IMG/VR virus record: IMGVR_UViG_3300032327_000339
Coordinates: 1-54,407 of that record
Direction: 5' to 3' (one strand)
From: a virus
Taxonomy: Duplodnaviria > Caudoviricetes
Length of the DNA stretch: 54,407 nucleotides
In this document: positions 38,384 through 47,873 of the stretch, one piece after another
How the letters are laid out: the number at the start of each line of letters is the position of its first letter
How positions within the stretch are numbered: the first letter of the stretch is position 1
Position numbers and translations under genes: made by a program
Notes under the pieces: model-generated
What the model was told of the DNA's origin: nothing
Seen by the model: only the letters and a program-made list of their open reading frames with translations
The model's database searches: none

Positions 38384-39376
38384 TTAAACCCCTGCCACTT
38401 CGTTTACGATTGACAACAGACGATTTTTCTCTGCGTTTACAACAGGGTCGAAACCTGCTGTACCCATTAGCAACGACTCATCATTACCACGAGAAGTTCT
38501 GAACCAGTCAATGCGTTCTGTGAGTGCATTGTAAGCACCCCAAGCATTTCCTGCAATCATTCCATTGGTGTCACCACCATAGATTTCATCAAGCAGTTCA
38601 ATTTTATTTTCCCACTTAGTGAAAGCACCTTTTTTATCTGACTCTGGCTTAGGGTATGCCAAGTCTACAATCTCATTGAACTGAACCTTAGTTAGTTCTG
38701 TTTCAATCATAGTCTGTGCAAGTTTGTCAAACTCATCAAGGTAAGCATTGGCAAGACCAAGAGCCTCACGAGCCTGTGCAACTCTACCGTCAATAGACTG
38801 TGTGTGTCGCAACTTGAATGAGTGCTTTGCACCCTTACGGAATACTGCGGTGTGAGTATTCATACAGGTCAAACGAATTGGTGTAACGGTTGCCTGAACA
38901 GCACTAGAACCATCGTGGCTAGTAGAGATTGCAAGATAGTTCTTTACAACATCACGAACACCATTTGGGTCAAGGATTGTTTCACGCTCTAGTGCTAATG
39001 CACCGAACACGACACGACCATTCTTTAGTGAACCAGCAACTTCCCAACGCCCACCGTCAAGCAGGTTGTCACCAAAAGCAAACAATTCCTCATTCTGCAA
39101 GGTCTTGTAACGCTGTCCAACAACAGACAAAACATCTGGGTGATTATCGGCAGGGTGGTCACGAACAACCATAAAGGCTGGCTTGTCCATAGTGTATTCA
39201 TCAGGCATAGGAATGTCCTCAAGACGAACATTCCAAGAGTTTAGATTTGCTAGTGATAGCATTTCTGATGTAGTAACTTCATCTTGGAAAACAGTTCCAA
39301 GTTGGTGGTAGGCAGGTGTACGCAAGGAAGCATAAGAAGCCTTACCGTTTACGATTTCGATTTGGTCGATAGCCAT
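38384..39376 (-). CDS. DUF932 (TIGR03299 phage/plasmid-like) protein
   Basis: YH.LG...VG.RY..LQN...AGSLKNGR.VF...SHDGS..VQA..TPIR..C.NT...LRHT...WGAYNA.TE. Confidence 0.88.
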   Translation of the reverse strand: MAIDQIEIVNGKASYASLRTPAYHQLGTVFQDEVTTSEMLSLANLNSWNVRLEDIPMPDEYTMDKPAFMVVRDHPADNHPDVLSVVGQRYKTLQNEELFAFGDNLLDGGRWEVAGSLKNGRVVFGALALERETILDPNGVRDVVKNYLAISTSHDGSSAVQATVTPIRLTCMNTHTAVFRKGAKHSFKLRHTQSIDGRVAQAREALGLANAYLDEFDKLAQTMIETELTKVQFNEIVDLAYPKPESDKKGAFTKWENKIELLDEIYGGDTNGMIAGNAWGAYNALTERIDWFRTSRGNDESLLMGTAGFDPVVNAEKNRLLSIVNEVAGV

Positions 39377-39711
39377 TTTTTCTCCATTCGATTGTTTGAT
39401 AAACTAATCATAGCACAAAGGTACGACATTTATCAAGGTTTATTTTAATAAACTTCAGGGAATTTTTAGGCTCTTCGTAAATGAGAGCTAGGGGGGTCGA
39501 CCCCCAGATGGATCACAGCCAACTGCTGAATCCACCTAGTAGGAGTAAGATAAAAACAACAGTTAGGAAATACTTCACGACTCTAACCTCTCAATAAGCA
39601 ATTCATAAAACTTTTGATAATCCTCAGAATCCTCAAATGTATCTGCCCACATTAGTAGTTCATCTTTATGGTGTCGGATTCCATCTTGAAATCCTTCCTC
39701 ATAGTTAGACA

Positions 39712-39912
39712 TTAGAAAGACCCCCCACACATTTCTGCAAGTTTATCAGATACTAAATAGTAGTCTGTACCCATAGCAGGAAATTCGTGAACACTTAGCC
39801 AGTTAAAACCATCATAGATTTCTCTATCCTCAAAATGTTCGGTGGTAGTTCCCCAATCTAATCTAAAATGGTTTTCCTCTGTATCCCACATAACTACATA
39901 GTGATACTGCAT
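39712..39912 (-). CDS. hypothetical protein
   Basis: ORF track, coupled. Confidence 0.65.
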   Translation of the reverse strand: MQYHYVVMWDTEENHFRLDWGTTTEHFEDREIYDGFNWLSVHEFPAMGTDYYLVSDKLAEMCGGSF

Positions 39913-40079
39913 TACTCTACTTCCAATCCATAAATGTCATACTCAAAATGCTGACTTACTATTTTCAAGTCGTCTGCCATAAGTTCCTCAAAAATCTTTA
40001 TCGCTTCATCTTGTGTATCGGCTTCCACAATGTCCTCAAACTCGGTTACTCGTTTAGATGAAAAATAATAATTAGGCAT
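39912..40079 (-). CDS. small acidic protein, DpnD/PcfM-like pattern (not in ORF track)
   Basis: MPNYYFSSKRVTEFEDIVEADTQDEAIKIF..., RBS GAGGA. Confidence 0.65.
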   Translation of the reverse strand: MPNYYFSSKRVTEFEDIVEADTQDEAIKIFEELMADDLKIVSQHFEYDIYGLEVE

Positions 40080-40178
40080 TGTTATCCTCTTTCGTTAGTA
40101 TGCTGTAAAGCAATTTTACCTCATCATCACTTAGTTCGTCAAGCCTTTTCCAGTCAATTACTGATTCCCAATCTATCA

Positions 40179-40352
40179 TTATTCCACATTCCAATCTGAA
40201 CAAATAAACATAACTGCTTCATCAAGGGCAAGCACCAGACTTGCCACCGCTTCATCACTTAGGTCGGATACCATTTCATTAGTTACATAAGAGTTCCACA
40301 ATACTTGTGAGCGGAAAGGATTTCCACACTCTGCACAATTCTCTAAAGCCAT
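40179..40352 (-). CDS. hypothetical protein
   Basis: Start MALENCAEC. Confidence 0.55.
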   Translation of the reverse strand: MALENCAECGNPFRSQVLWNSYVTNEMVSDLSDEAVASLVLALDEAVMFICSDWNVE

Positions 40353-40485
40353 TCTGTTAAATCCCCATCTGCGTAGTATTCTTGTGTGTGTCCGTCTAGT
40401 TCCGCAATAGCGTCCCAAACATCGTCCTCTGTGGGATTCTCAATACCCCATTCTGCTAACAACTTGAAAATTTCTGTACCACCCA

Positions 40486-40821
40486 TTATTCGACTCCCTG
40501 CCAAATCATAAAACTATCAAATGAATAACCGTTTACGGTTTCTTTTACTAGGTCAATCTCTACAACTTCATCAGAAAAAACTGAATCTATTGCTCTAGGG
40601 TCAATAGCAAAAATGCCATAACCTGTTTCATCAAGTAACTCATTCTGAATAAGATGTGAGATAACCATTCGTGTCCAGTAAGATGTGTCACCCTTGCGTG
40701 GCTGTGCGTGTTTGACTGCTTCTGCTAAATCGAATGTCCAACTATCTGCACCCCAATGTGAATAAAGAACTACGGCACTATTAGTTCCATCATTGAATAC
40801 AAAGTTTACTCTTGCACCCAT
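40486..40821 (-). CDS. phage hypothetical protein (MGAR...LYSHWG type)
   Basis: Directly after a module promoter and RBS. Confidence 0.78.
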   Translation of the reverse strand: MGARVNFVFNDGTNSAVVLYSHWGADSWTFDLAEAVKHAQPRKGDTSYWTRMVISHLIQNELLDETGYGIFAIDPRAIDSVFSDEVVEIDLVKETVNGYSFDSFMIWQGVE

Positions 40822-40953
40822 TTATTTTCTCTCTTTCGGTAGGTTGATAACCTTATCCTAGCAGATACCACCGACATTTTCAATAGTTTTTTGTGATTAT
40901 TTTTGCCTTTCGTAAAAGGCAAATCGGGGGGTCGACCCCCGAAGGGATCCTGG

Positions 40954-41154
40954 TTAAGCCCAGTCTAGGTGAATATTTGCACCTGTACCAAACTTAGCCT
41001 GGATAAAACCATTGGCATACCATCGGTGGTTTTCGTTAGTTTCATCAAACATAAACCATAATGAACCTAGGAAATCTTCCCATAGGTAGTCTATGTCCTC
41101 TGAATAAACTGAAAAGTGACCCTCACGGTATTGACGACTAATTGTTGCTCTCAT
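40954..41154 (-). CDS. hypothetical protein
   Basis: ORF track, coupled. Confidence 0.65.
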   Translation of the reverse strand: MRATISRQYREGHFSVYSEDIDYLWEDFLGSLWFMFDETNENHRWYANGFIQAKFGTGANIHLDWA

Positions 41155-41528
41155 TATTCCCCCAATAGTTTCTTTAGTGCATCTGGGTCTGTCCCATTCA
41201 TAGCGTTGCGAATGTGTTCTTGCACACCGTCAAATTCACGAACAAAATAGTCACCGTCCTCATCAGATACACGATAGGTAATGTGGTGGGCGGTATCAAC
41301 ATCTGTGCTGTTGTTGTACATCACATCAGAACCGAAAATCTTACGACCAATAAAATCTATGATGCCCTCGCTAGTAATGTCATACTGACCAAGACCGTAT
41401 TCGTGAGTGTCAAGCATTTCTGAAATAACCTGCTTTACATCATAGGTGTATTCAATGTGGGCGGTGATTAGGTGGTGGGTATTTTCTGTCATTTCTAATT
41501 CCTCAAGGTAGCGTTTAATGTAACTCAT
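41154..41528 (-). CDS. hypothetical protein
   Basis: Leaderless-type start (TAGGGT, 6 nt, ATG). Confidence 0.72.
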   Translation of the reverse strand: MSYIKRYLEELEMTENTHHLITAHIEYTYDVKQVISEMLDTHEYGLGQYDITSEGIIDFIGRKIFGSDVMYNNSTDVDTAHHITYRVSDEDGDYFVREFDGVQEHIRNAMNGTDPDALKKLLGE

Positions 41529-41627
41529 AGGTACACCCTACCATAAACCACCGACATTTTCAATAGTTTTTTCGGTGAATTTTTATGTCCCTCGTAAATG
41601 AGATCTTGGGGGGTCGACCCCCGAAGC

Positions 41628-41704
41628 TGGCGATTCCAACGAGATTCGAACTCGCACTCTCCGCCGTGACAGGGCGGTGCATTAACCAATTATGCTATGG
41701 AACC
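41628..41704 (-). tRNA. tRNA-Asp (GTC)
   Basis: Reverse complement GGTTCCA...CCGCC-CTGTCAC-GGCGG...GTTCGAATC...TGGAATC-GCCA. Confidence 0.93.
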
Positions 41705-41808
41705 AAAATGTGCGGGGCATTTGCAACTACCCCACACACTCGTTGTGTTTCTATGTTTACTCACCATACCTAAACACACAAAGTGTATGGCTACATTTAT
41801 CTTGGATT

Positions 41809-42282
41809 TTACCAAGAAGCCTGATACTCAAAGTAATCAAACTTAGACTTTAGGCAACGGTCAATAACTTTGACTGTGTATTCCAAGTCCTTGAAGTAGT
41901 ATTCATCAAAGTCGGTAGAGCCAAAGAAAAACCCTGCACTTGTTGGAAGCAATTCCTCTGCCAATGAATGGTCTACAAGAACTTGCTCACACAAACTTTT
42001 TAGTTCCTCAAGGTGTTGGGTATTGACATACATAGGCTGGCACTCATCAACACCACCGCCACAGATTTCAACAAACCAATTATGAACACTATTTACTTTT
42101 CGCCAATAGCCCATAGGGAAGTCAATACTAATACCACCAAATGGGGTGTCACCGATTGCATCAGCAACGCCAAACTTTTCAACAAGTTCGTTGAATAGTG
42201 GGTTGTTGTCATCAGCATTGTTTCCGTCATAGTCATAGCGTGAAACATACTCACTTGCTCGTAGGTACATATCTAAGCCCAT
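41809..42282 (-). CDS. phage hypothetical protein (MGLDMYL...YWRK.N..H.WF type)
   Basis: Recurrent phage motif, RBS AAGGAG. Confidence 0.82.
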   Translation of the reverse strand: MGLDMYLRASEYVSRYDYDGNNADDNNPLFNELVEKFGVADAIGDTPFGGISIDFPMGYWRKVNSVHNWFVEICGGGVDECQPMYVNTQHLEELKSLCEQVLVDHSLAEELLPTSAGFFFGSTDFDEYYFKDLEYTVKVIDRCLKSKFDYFEYQASW

Positions 42283-42366
42283 TATGGACTCCTTTTCTTT
42301 TGGTAGGTTTATGAAAATAATCTTATCATAGGGGTCTGACATTTTTGCCAGACCCCCACAATAAAA

Positions 42367-42525
42367 CTACTTTACAGTAGTGTAACGGACAGTTCCGTCA
42401 GACAAAAGCAACTTGACCTTGAAAGAACCTGTTGCGTTCTGCTTGACTTCCTGAACAACACCTGTTGCGTTGCTCTTTTGGGTAGTGATTGTTGAACCAA
42501 TTTCTGGTGCGATTACTTTACTCAT
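42367..42525 (-). CDS. small SH3-like hypothetical protein
   Basis: Start MSKVIAP after RBS AAGGAG. Confidence 0.65.
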   Translation of the reverse strand: MSKVIAPEIGSTITTQKSNATGVVQEVKQNATGSFKVKLLLSDGTVRYTTVK

Positions 42526-42677
42526 TTTATTTCTCCTTGTTGTTTGGGATACTCCAATAGTATCAGATAACACCGACATTTACAATACTTTTTTTCAACT
42601 TTTTTTATTTATTTTTCGGTGAATTCCAAGACCCCTCGTAAAAGGGATCTTGGGGGGTCGACCCCCGAAAGGGCTGG

Positions 42678-42887
42678 CTATTCGCCAACCCTCTCGCAAG
42701 TTGTGTAGAAATTCAAAATGCTATCGGCAGGAATGTAAACAATCTCATTACCGCTTAGAGTTTCAAAAGATAACAAACCATTTTCAACTTTGTATTTGTT
42801 ATCAGGGTGAACATTTGGATACTCATAAGGATTAGCAAAATCGTTTGGCTGTTCCTTGTATGTGATAAATAAATTAGTTTGAAACAT
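42678..42887 (-). CDS. hypothetical protein
   Basis: Start MFQTNL after RBS GAGGA. Confidence 0.6.
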   Translation of the reverse strand: MFQTNLFITYKEQPNDFANPYEYPNVHPDNKYKVENGLLSFETLSGNEIVYIPADSILNFYTTCERVGE

Positions 42888-42979
42888 TCTAGTAGTCCTC
42901 TTTCGCTTCTGGTACGCTTGCACCGCATAGCATACAGGTTGGGTTTTCTCGGTCAGTTACATTTACAATCGGATGAACC

Positions 42980-43186
42980 TTACACATTGGTTAGTTCCTT
43001 TCGTTCGCTTTCGGTGAGTCCACCGTAAGTTCCATACTCAATGTTATTCTTTAGAGCAAAATCTAAACACTCTGACTTTACGACACACGCATTACACAAT
43101 GCCTTTGCCTTTACTACTTTGCTTTTTAGTTCTGAGAAAAAAATCTTGTAGTCTGCTTCTAAGCAGTTAGCGTTATCCTGAAACAT
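42980..43186 (-). CDS. whiB: WhiB-family Fe-S transcription factor (second copy)
   Basis: ANC...FF...AKALCNACVVKSECL..AL....YGTYGGLTESER. Confidence 0.9.
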   Translation of the reverse strand: MFQDNANCLEADYKIFFSELKSKVVKAKALCNACVVKSECLDFALKNNIEYGTYGGLTESERKELTNV

Positions 43187-43237
43187 AGTTTGCCTTTCGA
43201 TAGGTTGATGTAAACATCTTAGCAGATAGGTCTGACA

Positions 43238-43480
43238 TTATTCGTCAAAACTGAACATAGAGTCCCAACAAGTTCCACAAATACCTGTCATAAAACGCTC
43301 ACGAATGGCAGGTGGATAGTTCACAAGAACCGTCTGAACATTTGCACCGTTGTTGTAAAGGAACAAACTTTCGGGGGTAATCTCAATAGACAACACTTCA
43401 TTACAGGTAGGGCAAGGTTGTGATGAAACTACATAGGCGGATAGGTCAGCGGTCTTGATTGGGTTTAGTAGAGTGAACAT
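43238..43480 (-). CDS. Zn-finger hypothetical protein
   Basis: CPTC...RERFMTGICGTCWD. Confidence 0.75.
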   Translation of the reverse strand: MFTLLNPIKTADLSAYVVSSQPCPTCNEVLSIEITPESLFLYNNGANVQTVLVNYPPAIRERFMTGICGTCWDSMFSFDE

Positions 43481-43798
43481 TTAGAACCTTTCGTTAGTTT
43501 GATAAGTTTATCTTAGCATAGAGGTCTGACATTTTTAGTGTTCATAGTGCTTGGTCGGCTGTGTATTTGCGTAGGCAATTTCACACTCATAGCAACCAAT
43601 GTGGTATTCAATTAGGTCGGAATGGTAAAAACCATTTTGGTCAAAATAATCTAGAATCTTTTTTATTGTTTCCATAGGTACACCTTACCACAAGGGTCTG
43701 ACATTTTTGGTACCAAAACACCTTAAATTCCAGGCAATTTTTGGATCTATCGTAATCGGTCAAAGCTATGGGGGTCGACCCCCGAAGGGTGAGGACTG

Positions 43799-44131
43799 CT
43801 AAGAGTCCTCATCTTGGTCAAGCCAAGCATCATCAATGTGGTGTTCATCATAACCGTCACACGCATCAGACTCGCACCAAGCATTTAGGTGGTGCTGTTC
43901 GATAATTGCCCAAGCAGGTGCAACATTAAAGCCCTTGTAAGATACACCCTCTGGCATAGGGATTTCTCGGTCAAAGTCATCTTCCCAATAAGCATCTATT
44001 GCTTCGATGCAAGGCTGTACCATAGACAAGGGTACGGGTGGGTAATGATTACCCTGCAAGTGCCAAGCAAGTTGCTGTTCCATAGTGATTGCTCCGTTTT
44101 CTGCAATTCCAAGTGCTGTGTTGTATCCCAT
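43799..44131 (-). CDS. hypothetical protein
   Basis: HLQGNHYPPVP...HHLNAW, RBS AAAGGA. Confidence 0.75.
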   Translation of the reverse strand: MGYNTALGIAENGAITMEQQLAWHLQGNHYPPVPLSMVQPCIEAIDAYWEDDFDREIPMPEGVSYKGFNVAPAWAIIEQHHLNAWCESDACDGYDEHHIDDAWLDQDEDS

Positions 44132-44279
44132 TAGTATCCCATTCCTTTGTGTTTTGTTTTGCGAGTGTAGGCTTTTTTGTTTTTGTGTGGTTGGGCTGCA
44201 TTACTGGAACGCAGTCCAAGTCGTGCCTGAAGTTGCTCAGGTGTCGCTGGTGTTGCTGTGTATTGTTTCTTTTTCATAG

Positions 44280-44513
44280 TTACACAATACCACATAGGTC
44301 TGACAATTCTTGACTTGCTTCGTCAATAGCGTTTTGTAGTTTCTGACGGATTTGGTTTTTGCCATAACCATACTCTAAGCCATAAGCCATAATGTAACCT
44401 GCTGTAACCCAACCCAAACGGCGGTCTGCTGTTGCAGGGTACTTGATTTTTTCTACCTGATAGGTGATGTTCACTAGTCGCTCTACTAGGTCTGGCATAA
44501 CTGGGTTTGACAT
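44280..44513 (-). CDS. hypothetical protein
   Basis: Start MSNPV after RBS GAAAGGA. Confidence 0.65.
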   Translation of the reverse strand: MSNPVMPDLVERLVNITYQVEKIKYPATADRRLGWVTAGYIMAYGLEYGYGKNQIRQKLQNAIDEASQELSDLCGIV

Positions 44514-44632
44514 TTGCTGTCCTTTCGTTGGGCTGATGTAAACATCATACCACAGGGGTCTGACATTTTCAGGCATTTTTGAAGGTGTGTCGTAATCGGT
44601 TTTTGTGCGGGGGTCGACCCCGAAGGGTGGGA

Positions 44633-44842
44633 CTATGCGTCCCAACCAAACAGACCTGCTTCCATAGCAATGTCTTCACGACCCTCGTATGGGTCTTGTG
44701 GCTCTTCATCTTCATACTCGTATTCATCATCAAAATCTAAGTATGGGTCATAAGCGTCAATGAGGGCGTTGTAGAAATTTTCATTATCTACTTCTTCGTT
44801 CCAGATTTCGGTCATTGTTTCCTGAGTGTAGAACTCGTCCAT
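44633..44842 (-). CDS. extremely acidic small protein
   Basis: Asp/Glu/Tyr-rich (DFDDEYEYEDEE), RBS GGAG. Confidence 0.7.
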   Translation of the reverse strand: MDEFYTQETMTEIWNEEVDNENFYNALIDAYDPYLDFDDEYEYEDEEPQDPYEGREDIAMEAGLFGWDA

Positions 44843-45028
44843 AGTGGACTCCAATCGCTAGGTTGATAAAATTATCATAGCATAAGGGTCTGACATTTTT
44901 CGGTGAATTTTGAAAGTTTCTCTTAATACTTTAGATCTTGGGGGGTCGACCCCTTTCGGGGTCAGGTTATGAACCTGAACACGCACCTAGTATTAGCAGA
45001 ATAATTATTCCCCAGATAAAATAATTCA

Positions 45029-45562
45029 TTATTCCGCAGACCCCCTAAAAATAATCCAGATTAGGGCTTGCGTTGCACGAGGTGTTAGCCCAATTTCTTG
45101 TGCCACATCCACAACGGCTTGCGACATTTCTCGGTATTGTGTTTTGTTTGGTGAATTGGTATCTAGCCCACCTGCATAGCACATCCACACATCTATTGTC
45201 ACCGCATTTTCATCACCTGCGATTGCACGAGCGAACGCATTAGTTTTCAAACCCTTGAGAGCATTGAAACCTAGCACCAAACTATTTTCTGCCATTCGCA
45301 AATTGTTGCCTAGTCCATTAGCCTTGCCAGTGTGTGCGAACTCTAACGCTTGCACTACATTGCGATTCCAACGCTGACGAGGTGAGAATGATGAAACAAC
45401 ACTAGCACCAATTTCTAGTGTTGCATTTATGCCACGAGCATTTAGGATTCGTGCAACATCGTGTGCAACTAATTCTGCATCGGCATACCACTGCACAGCC
45501 AATTCGACTTGGGCAACGGTTGAGGTCTTAGCGATTGCGAGGTAGCGGTTGAAGTAGGTCAT
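45029..45562 (-). CDS. conserved phage protein, possibly HhH/glycosylase-like fold
   Basis: WY..A...SP...W..N...KT.AF...I.G....VTIDVWM...QALIW. Confidence 0.7.
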   Translation of the reverse strand: MTYFNRYLAIAKTSTVAQVELAVQWYADAELVAHDVARILNARGINATLEIGASVVSSFSPRQRWNRNVVQALEFAHTGKANGLGNNLRMAENSLVLGFNALKGLKTNAFARAIAGDENAVTIDVWMCYAGGLDTNSPNKTQYREMSQAVVDVAQEIGLTPRATQALIWIIFRGSAE

Positions 45563-45732
45563 TTTTTCCCCTAACGGTTGATGATGTTATCATCCTAGCA
45601 TAGAGGTCTGACATTTTTTGCATTTTTTTGAAAAAAGTCATTTTTTTCGGTGAATTTAAAAAGCTTCTCTTAATGAATCCTGGATCTAGGGGGGCGACCC
45701 CTTTCGGGGGCGGTGTCAAGCCACCACGCTTA

Positions 45733-45906
45733 TTAGACGAATGGAATTTCTAAGTCACCAAAATCATCAGCAAACATTTCTGGATAGTGGTGTGCGTATT
45801 GCCAAAGAGTCATCACGCCTTTGTATTCATTACAGGCTAGGCAAACTTTCACATCATCACCAACGGTTGATGAACAAAAAATACAGATTAGGGTTTCGGG
45901 TGTCAT
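45733..45906 (-). CDS. Cys-rich micro-protein (not in ORF track)
   Basis: ICIFC...VCLACNEYKGVM, RBS AAGGAG. Confidence 0.65.
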   Translation of the reverse strand: MTPETLICIFCSSTVGDDVKVCLACNEYKGVMTLWQYAHHYPEMFADDFGDLEIPFV

Positions 45907-46103
45907 AGTGTCTCCTTATGTGTTTGACATTTATTTCCTGTACCGTTTGGAATTACTGTGTAGCAAACTACGCAAGCAACCTGAACAGCGTTTGGTGTTG
46001 ATAGTGCTAACTCAAGTTCCACTTTATCTGCGAAACTTATTTGGTCTAGGTTTTTCCAACCTGCACCATTTTCATCTGCACTAAAAATTTCTATGTATCC
46101 CAT
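45903..46103 (-). CDS. hypothetical protein
   Basis: MGYIEIF...GAGW, CVVC...CQTH. Confidence 0.7.
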   Translation of the reverse strand: MGYIEIFSADENGAGWKNLDQISFADKVELELALSTPNAVQVACVVCYTVIPNGTGNKCQTHKETL

Positions 46104-46117
46104 TTTGGAATTCCTTT

Positions 46118-46318
46118 CTAGTATTCGGATAGGTCTATTGTGGTGTAGCGTGGTGTGCGTGTAACTGTGTTATTCCAATTTACAGTTAGCACCTCGCCAC
46201 CGACAACAATGCCATACCATTTATCTTTTACGGTGTGAATGTTGCTGATTAGCACATCTGACTTTTGGGTGACGATAGAGCCACCGATTAGCAAGTTCTT
46301 TAGTTTATCAAAATCCAT
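46118..46318 (-). CDS. hypothetical protein
   Basis: Start MDFDKL after RBS GGAG. Confidence 0.65.
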   Translation of the reverse strand: MDFDKLKNLLIGGSIVTQKSDVLISNIHTVKDKWYGIVVGGEVLTVNWNNTVTRTPRYTTIDLSEY

Positions 46319-46626
46319 TTTGTTCTCCATTCGTTGATACCAACATCTTAGCATAAGGGTCTGACATTTTTACCACTTTAGGGCACGTTTCATAGAAACT
46401 TTATGAATCCAACATTTGGCACACATAGCACCTTTGCCAGCCTTTTGGCAGTCTTTGCAGTTAGTCATTTCTGACCCCTTTCGTTTTGCTTACTCTGTAA
46501 GCATAGCAGTCAGGTCTGACATTTTTGGTATCAACACACCTTTTTTATGTGAACATTAGGTGAACAATAACTCACAAGTTATCCACAGGTGGGGTCGACC
46601 CCCTTGGGGTCTTGGTGTCAAGGATG

Positions 46627-46806
46627 TTAAAAGGGTGTGTCCATTTCAAATGCCTCATCCCAACAGCCAGCATCTTCACGCATCTGGTCATAGAAAAAAT
46701 CGGGGTCACACATAGGACACATAAGCATTTCGCACTCGCAAGCAACATCCATCCAATCAGGGGTAGAGGTCTTGAAAGCGGTTGGGGCAGAAGTATCAAA
46801 AGACAT
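46627..46806 (-). CDS. acidic Cys-rich micro-protein
   Basis: Start MSFDT after GAAAGG, CECEMLMCPMC. Confidence 0.6.
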   Translation of the reverse strand: MSFDTSAPTAFKTSTPDWMDVACECEMLMCPMCDPDFFYDQMREDAGCWDEAFEMDTPF

Positions 46807-46933
46807 TTTTGACCTTTCGGGTTGGCAATAAAAACATACTAGCATACAGGTCTGACATTTTTGGTAACGACACGCTGGATCTTTGGGGTCGACCCCTCGC
46901 ACCCACCTTTTCAGGTGGGGCGGTGGTCATTAT

Positions 46934-47098
46934 TTATCTTGTAGCCTTTTCAAAAACTTCACGATTGAAATTTGGGTTATCGTTTTCAAACATTTCTGAA
47001 AACTCATCAACAAGCATTTTGAATGCATCAGCGTTCAAGGCGTGTTGAAACATAAAAAGAATTTCTGCGGTTGCTACATAGTCTTTGCGTGTCATCAT
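46934..47098 (-). CDS. hypothetical protein, MTRKDY...DNPNF type (not in ORF track)
   Basis: MMTRKDYVATAEIL...FENDNPNFNREVFEKA. Confidence 0.7.
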   Translation of the reverse strand: MMTRKDYVATAEILFMFQHALNADAFKMLVDEFSEMFENDNPNFNREVFEKATR

Positions 47099-47214
47099 TA
47101 TTTTTTCACCGTTGCCTTTGCGATAGTTTGAATTTTCTTTGCGTTGTCTTTGCGTTCTTGTTCACGCTGTTCTTGCACTAGTGCTTTGAATTCATCAAGT
47201 TTCATTTTGTCCCC

Positions 47215-47397
47215 TTAGTTTTTTTCATCTAGTTTAGAAATAAATAATGCAATTCGCAAAACTGTATCTGCTTGCGACCACATAGCAGAACCACGCATAG
47301 CCTCTGCACAATCTGGGTGTGAACCCTTGCACTCGCAAGTGTAAGCGAATGGCATAAAGCGGTCTTGGATTAGTTGAGATAATTCTGAGTTTTTCAT
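47215..47397 (-). CDS. hypothetical protein
   Basis: Start MKNSEL after RBS AAAGGA. Confidence 0.6.
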   Translation of the reverse strand: MKNSELSQLIQDRFMPFAYTCECKGSHPDCAEAMRGSAMWSQADTVLRIALFISKLDEKN

Positions 47398-47452
47398 TTT
47401 CTGTCCTTTGTTTGTTGTTGATAAATCTAGCATAGCATAAGGGTCTGACATT

Positions 47453-47581
47453 TTATGAGAATTCGTATTCGTCAGGTTCGCAAATAATGCAATAGCCTGT
47501 CGTTTCCCAATCGGTAAGTTTGTCACCACACTCAACGCACTTAGTAGTAGTGATGTTCTCAACATAGGTTAGTTCTGTCAT
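47453..47581 (-). CDS. Zn-finger micro-protein, paralog of 49542..49658 (not in ORF track)
   Basis: KCVECGDKLTDWETTGYCIICE. Confidence 0.7.
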   Translation of the reverse strand: MTELTYVENITTTKCVECGDKLTDWETTGYCIICEPDEYEFS

Positions 47582-47873
47582 TTTCTGTCCTTTGCTCGGG
47601 CTTACTCTGTAAGACTAGCATAGGGGTCTGACATTTTTGGGATATTTTGGGGTGTGTCGGGAAAAATCTTTTTTATTTTTTATCGGTGTGTCGACTTGAC
47701 AGCTTTGGATCAGGGGGGTCGACCCCCCGAAGGGTCGGTTTGTCAATCATTGTCATCACCTGCAGAAATAATCATCATCATAAGCAAATAAAAAAATGTT
47801 AGACTAAGCAATCCAAGAATTGCTAGGAATGCATTATCGCTATCAGATAGCCAAGTTGTTATTGCGTTAAACA

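Larger units (their letters stand above)
33131..45674. repeat. bipartite box CNGTGAATT-N~11-TCGTAA, usually 10-15 nt left of the palindrome
   Basis: Copies at ~33131, 33352, 33601, 36377, 36432, 38227, 39456, 40892, 41573, 42617, 43731, 44570, 44901 and 45648 (last two with TCTTAA). Confidence 0.8.

Noticed and set aside
37961-47565. Extended N-termini in the track (38287, 42342, 42579, 44645, 46902, 47565) giving recurring MSDP/MSVLS peptides
   Set aside because: They are translations of the repeated promoter box (ATGTCAGACCCC). The real starts follow the downstream RBS.
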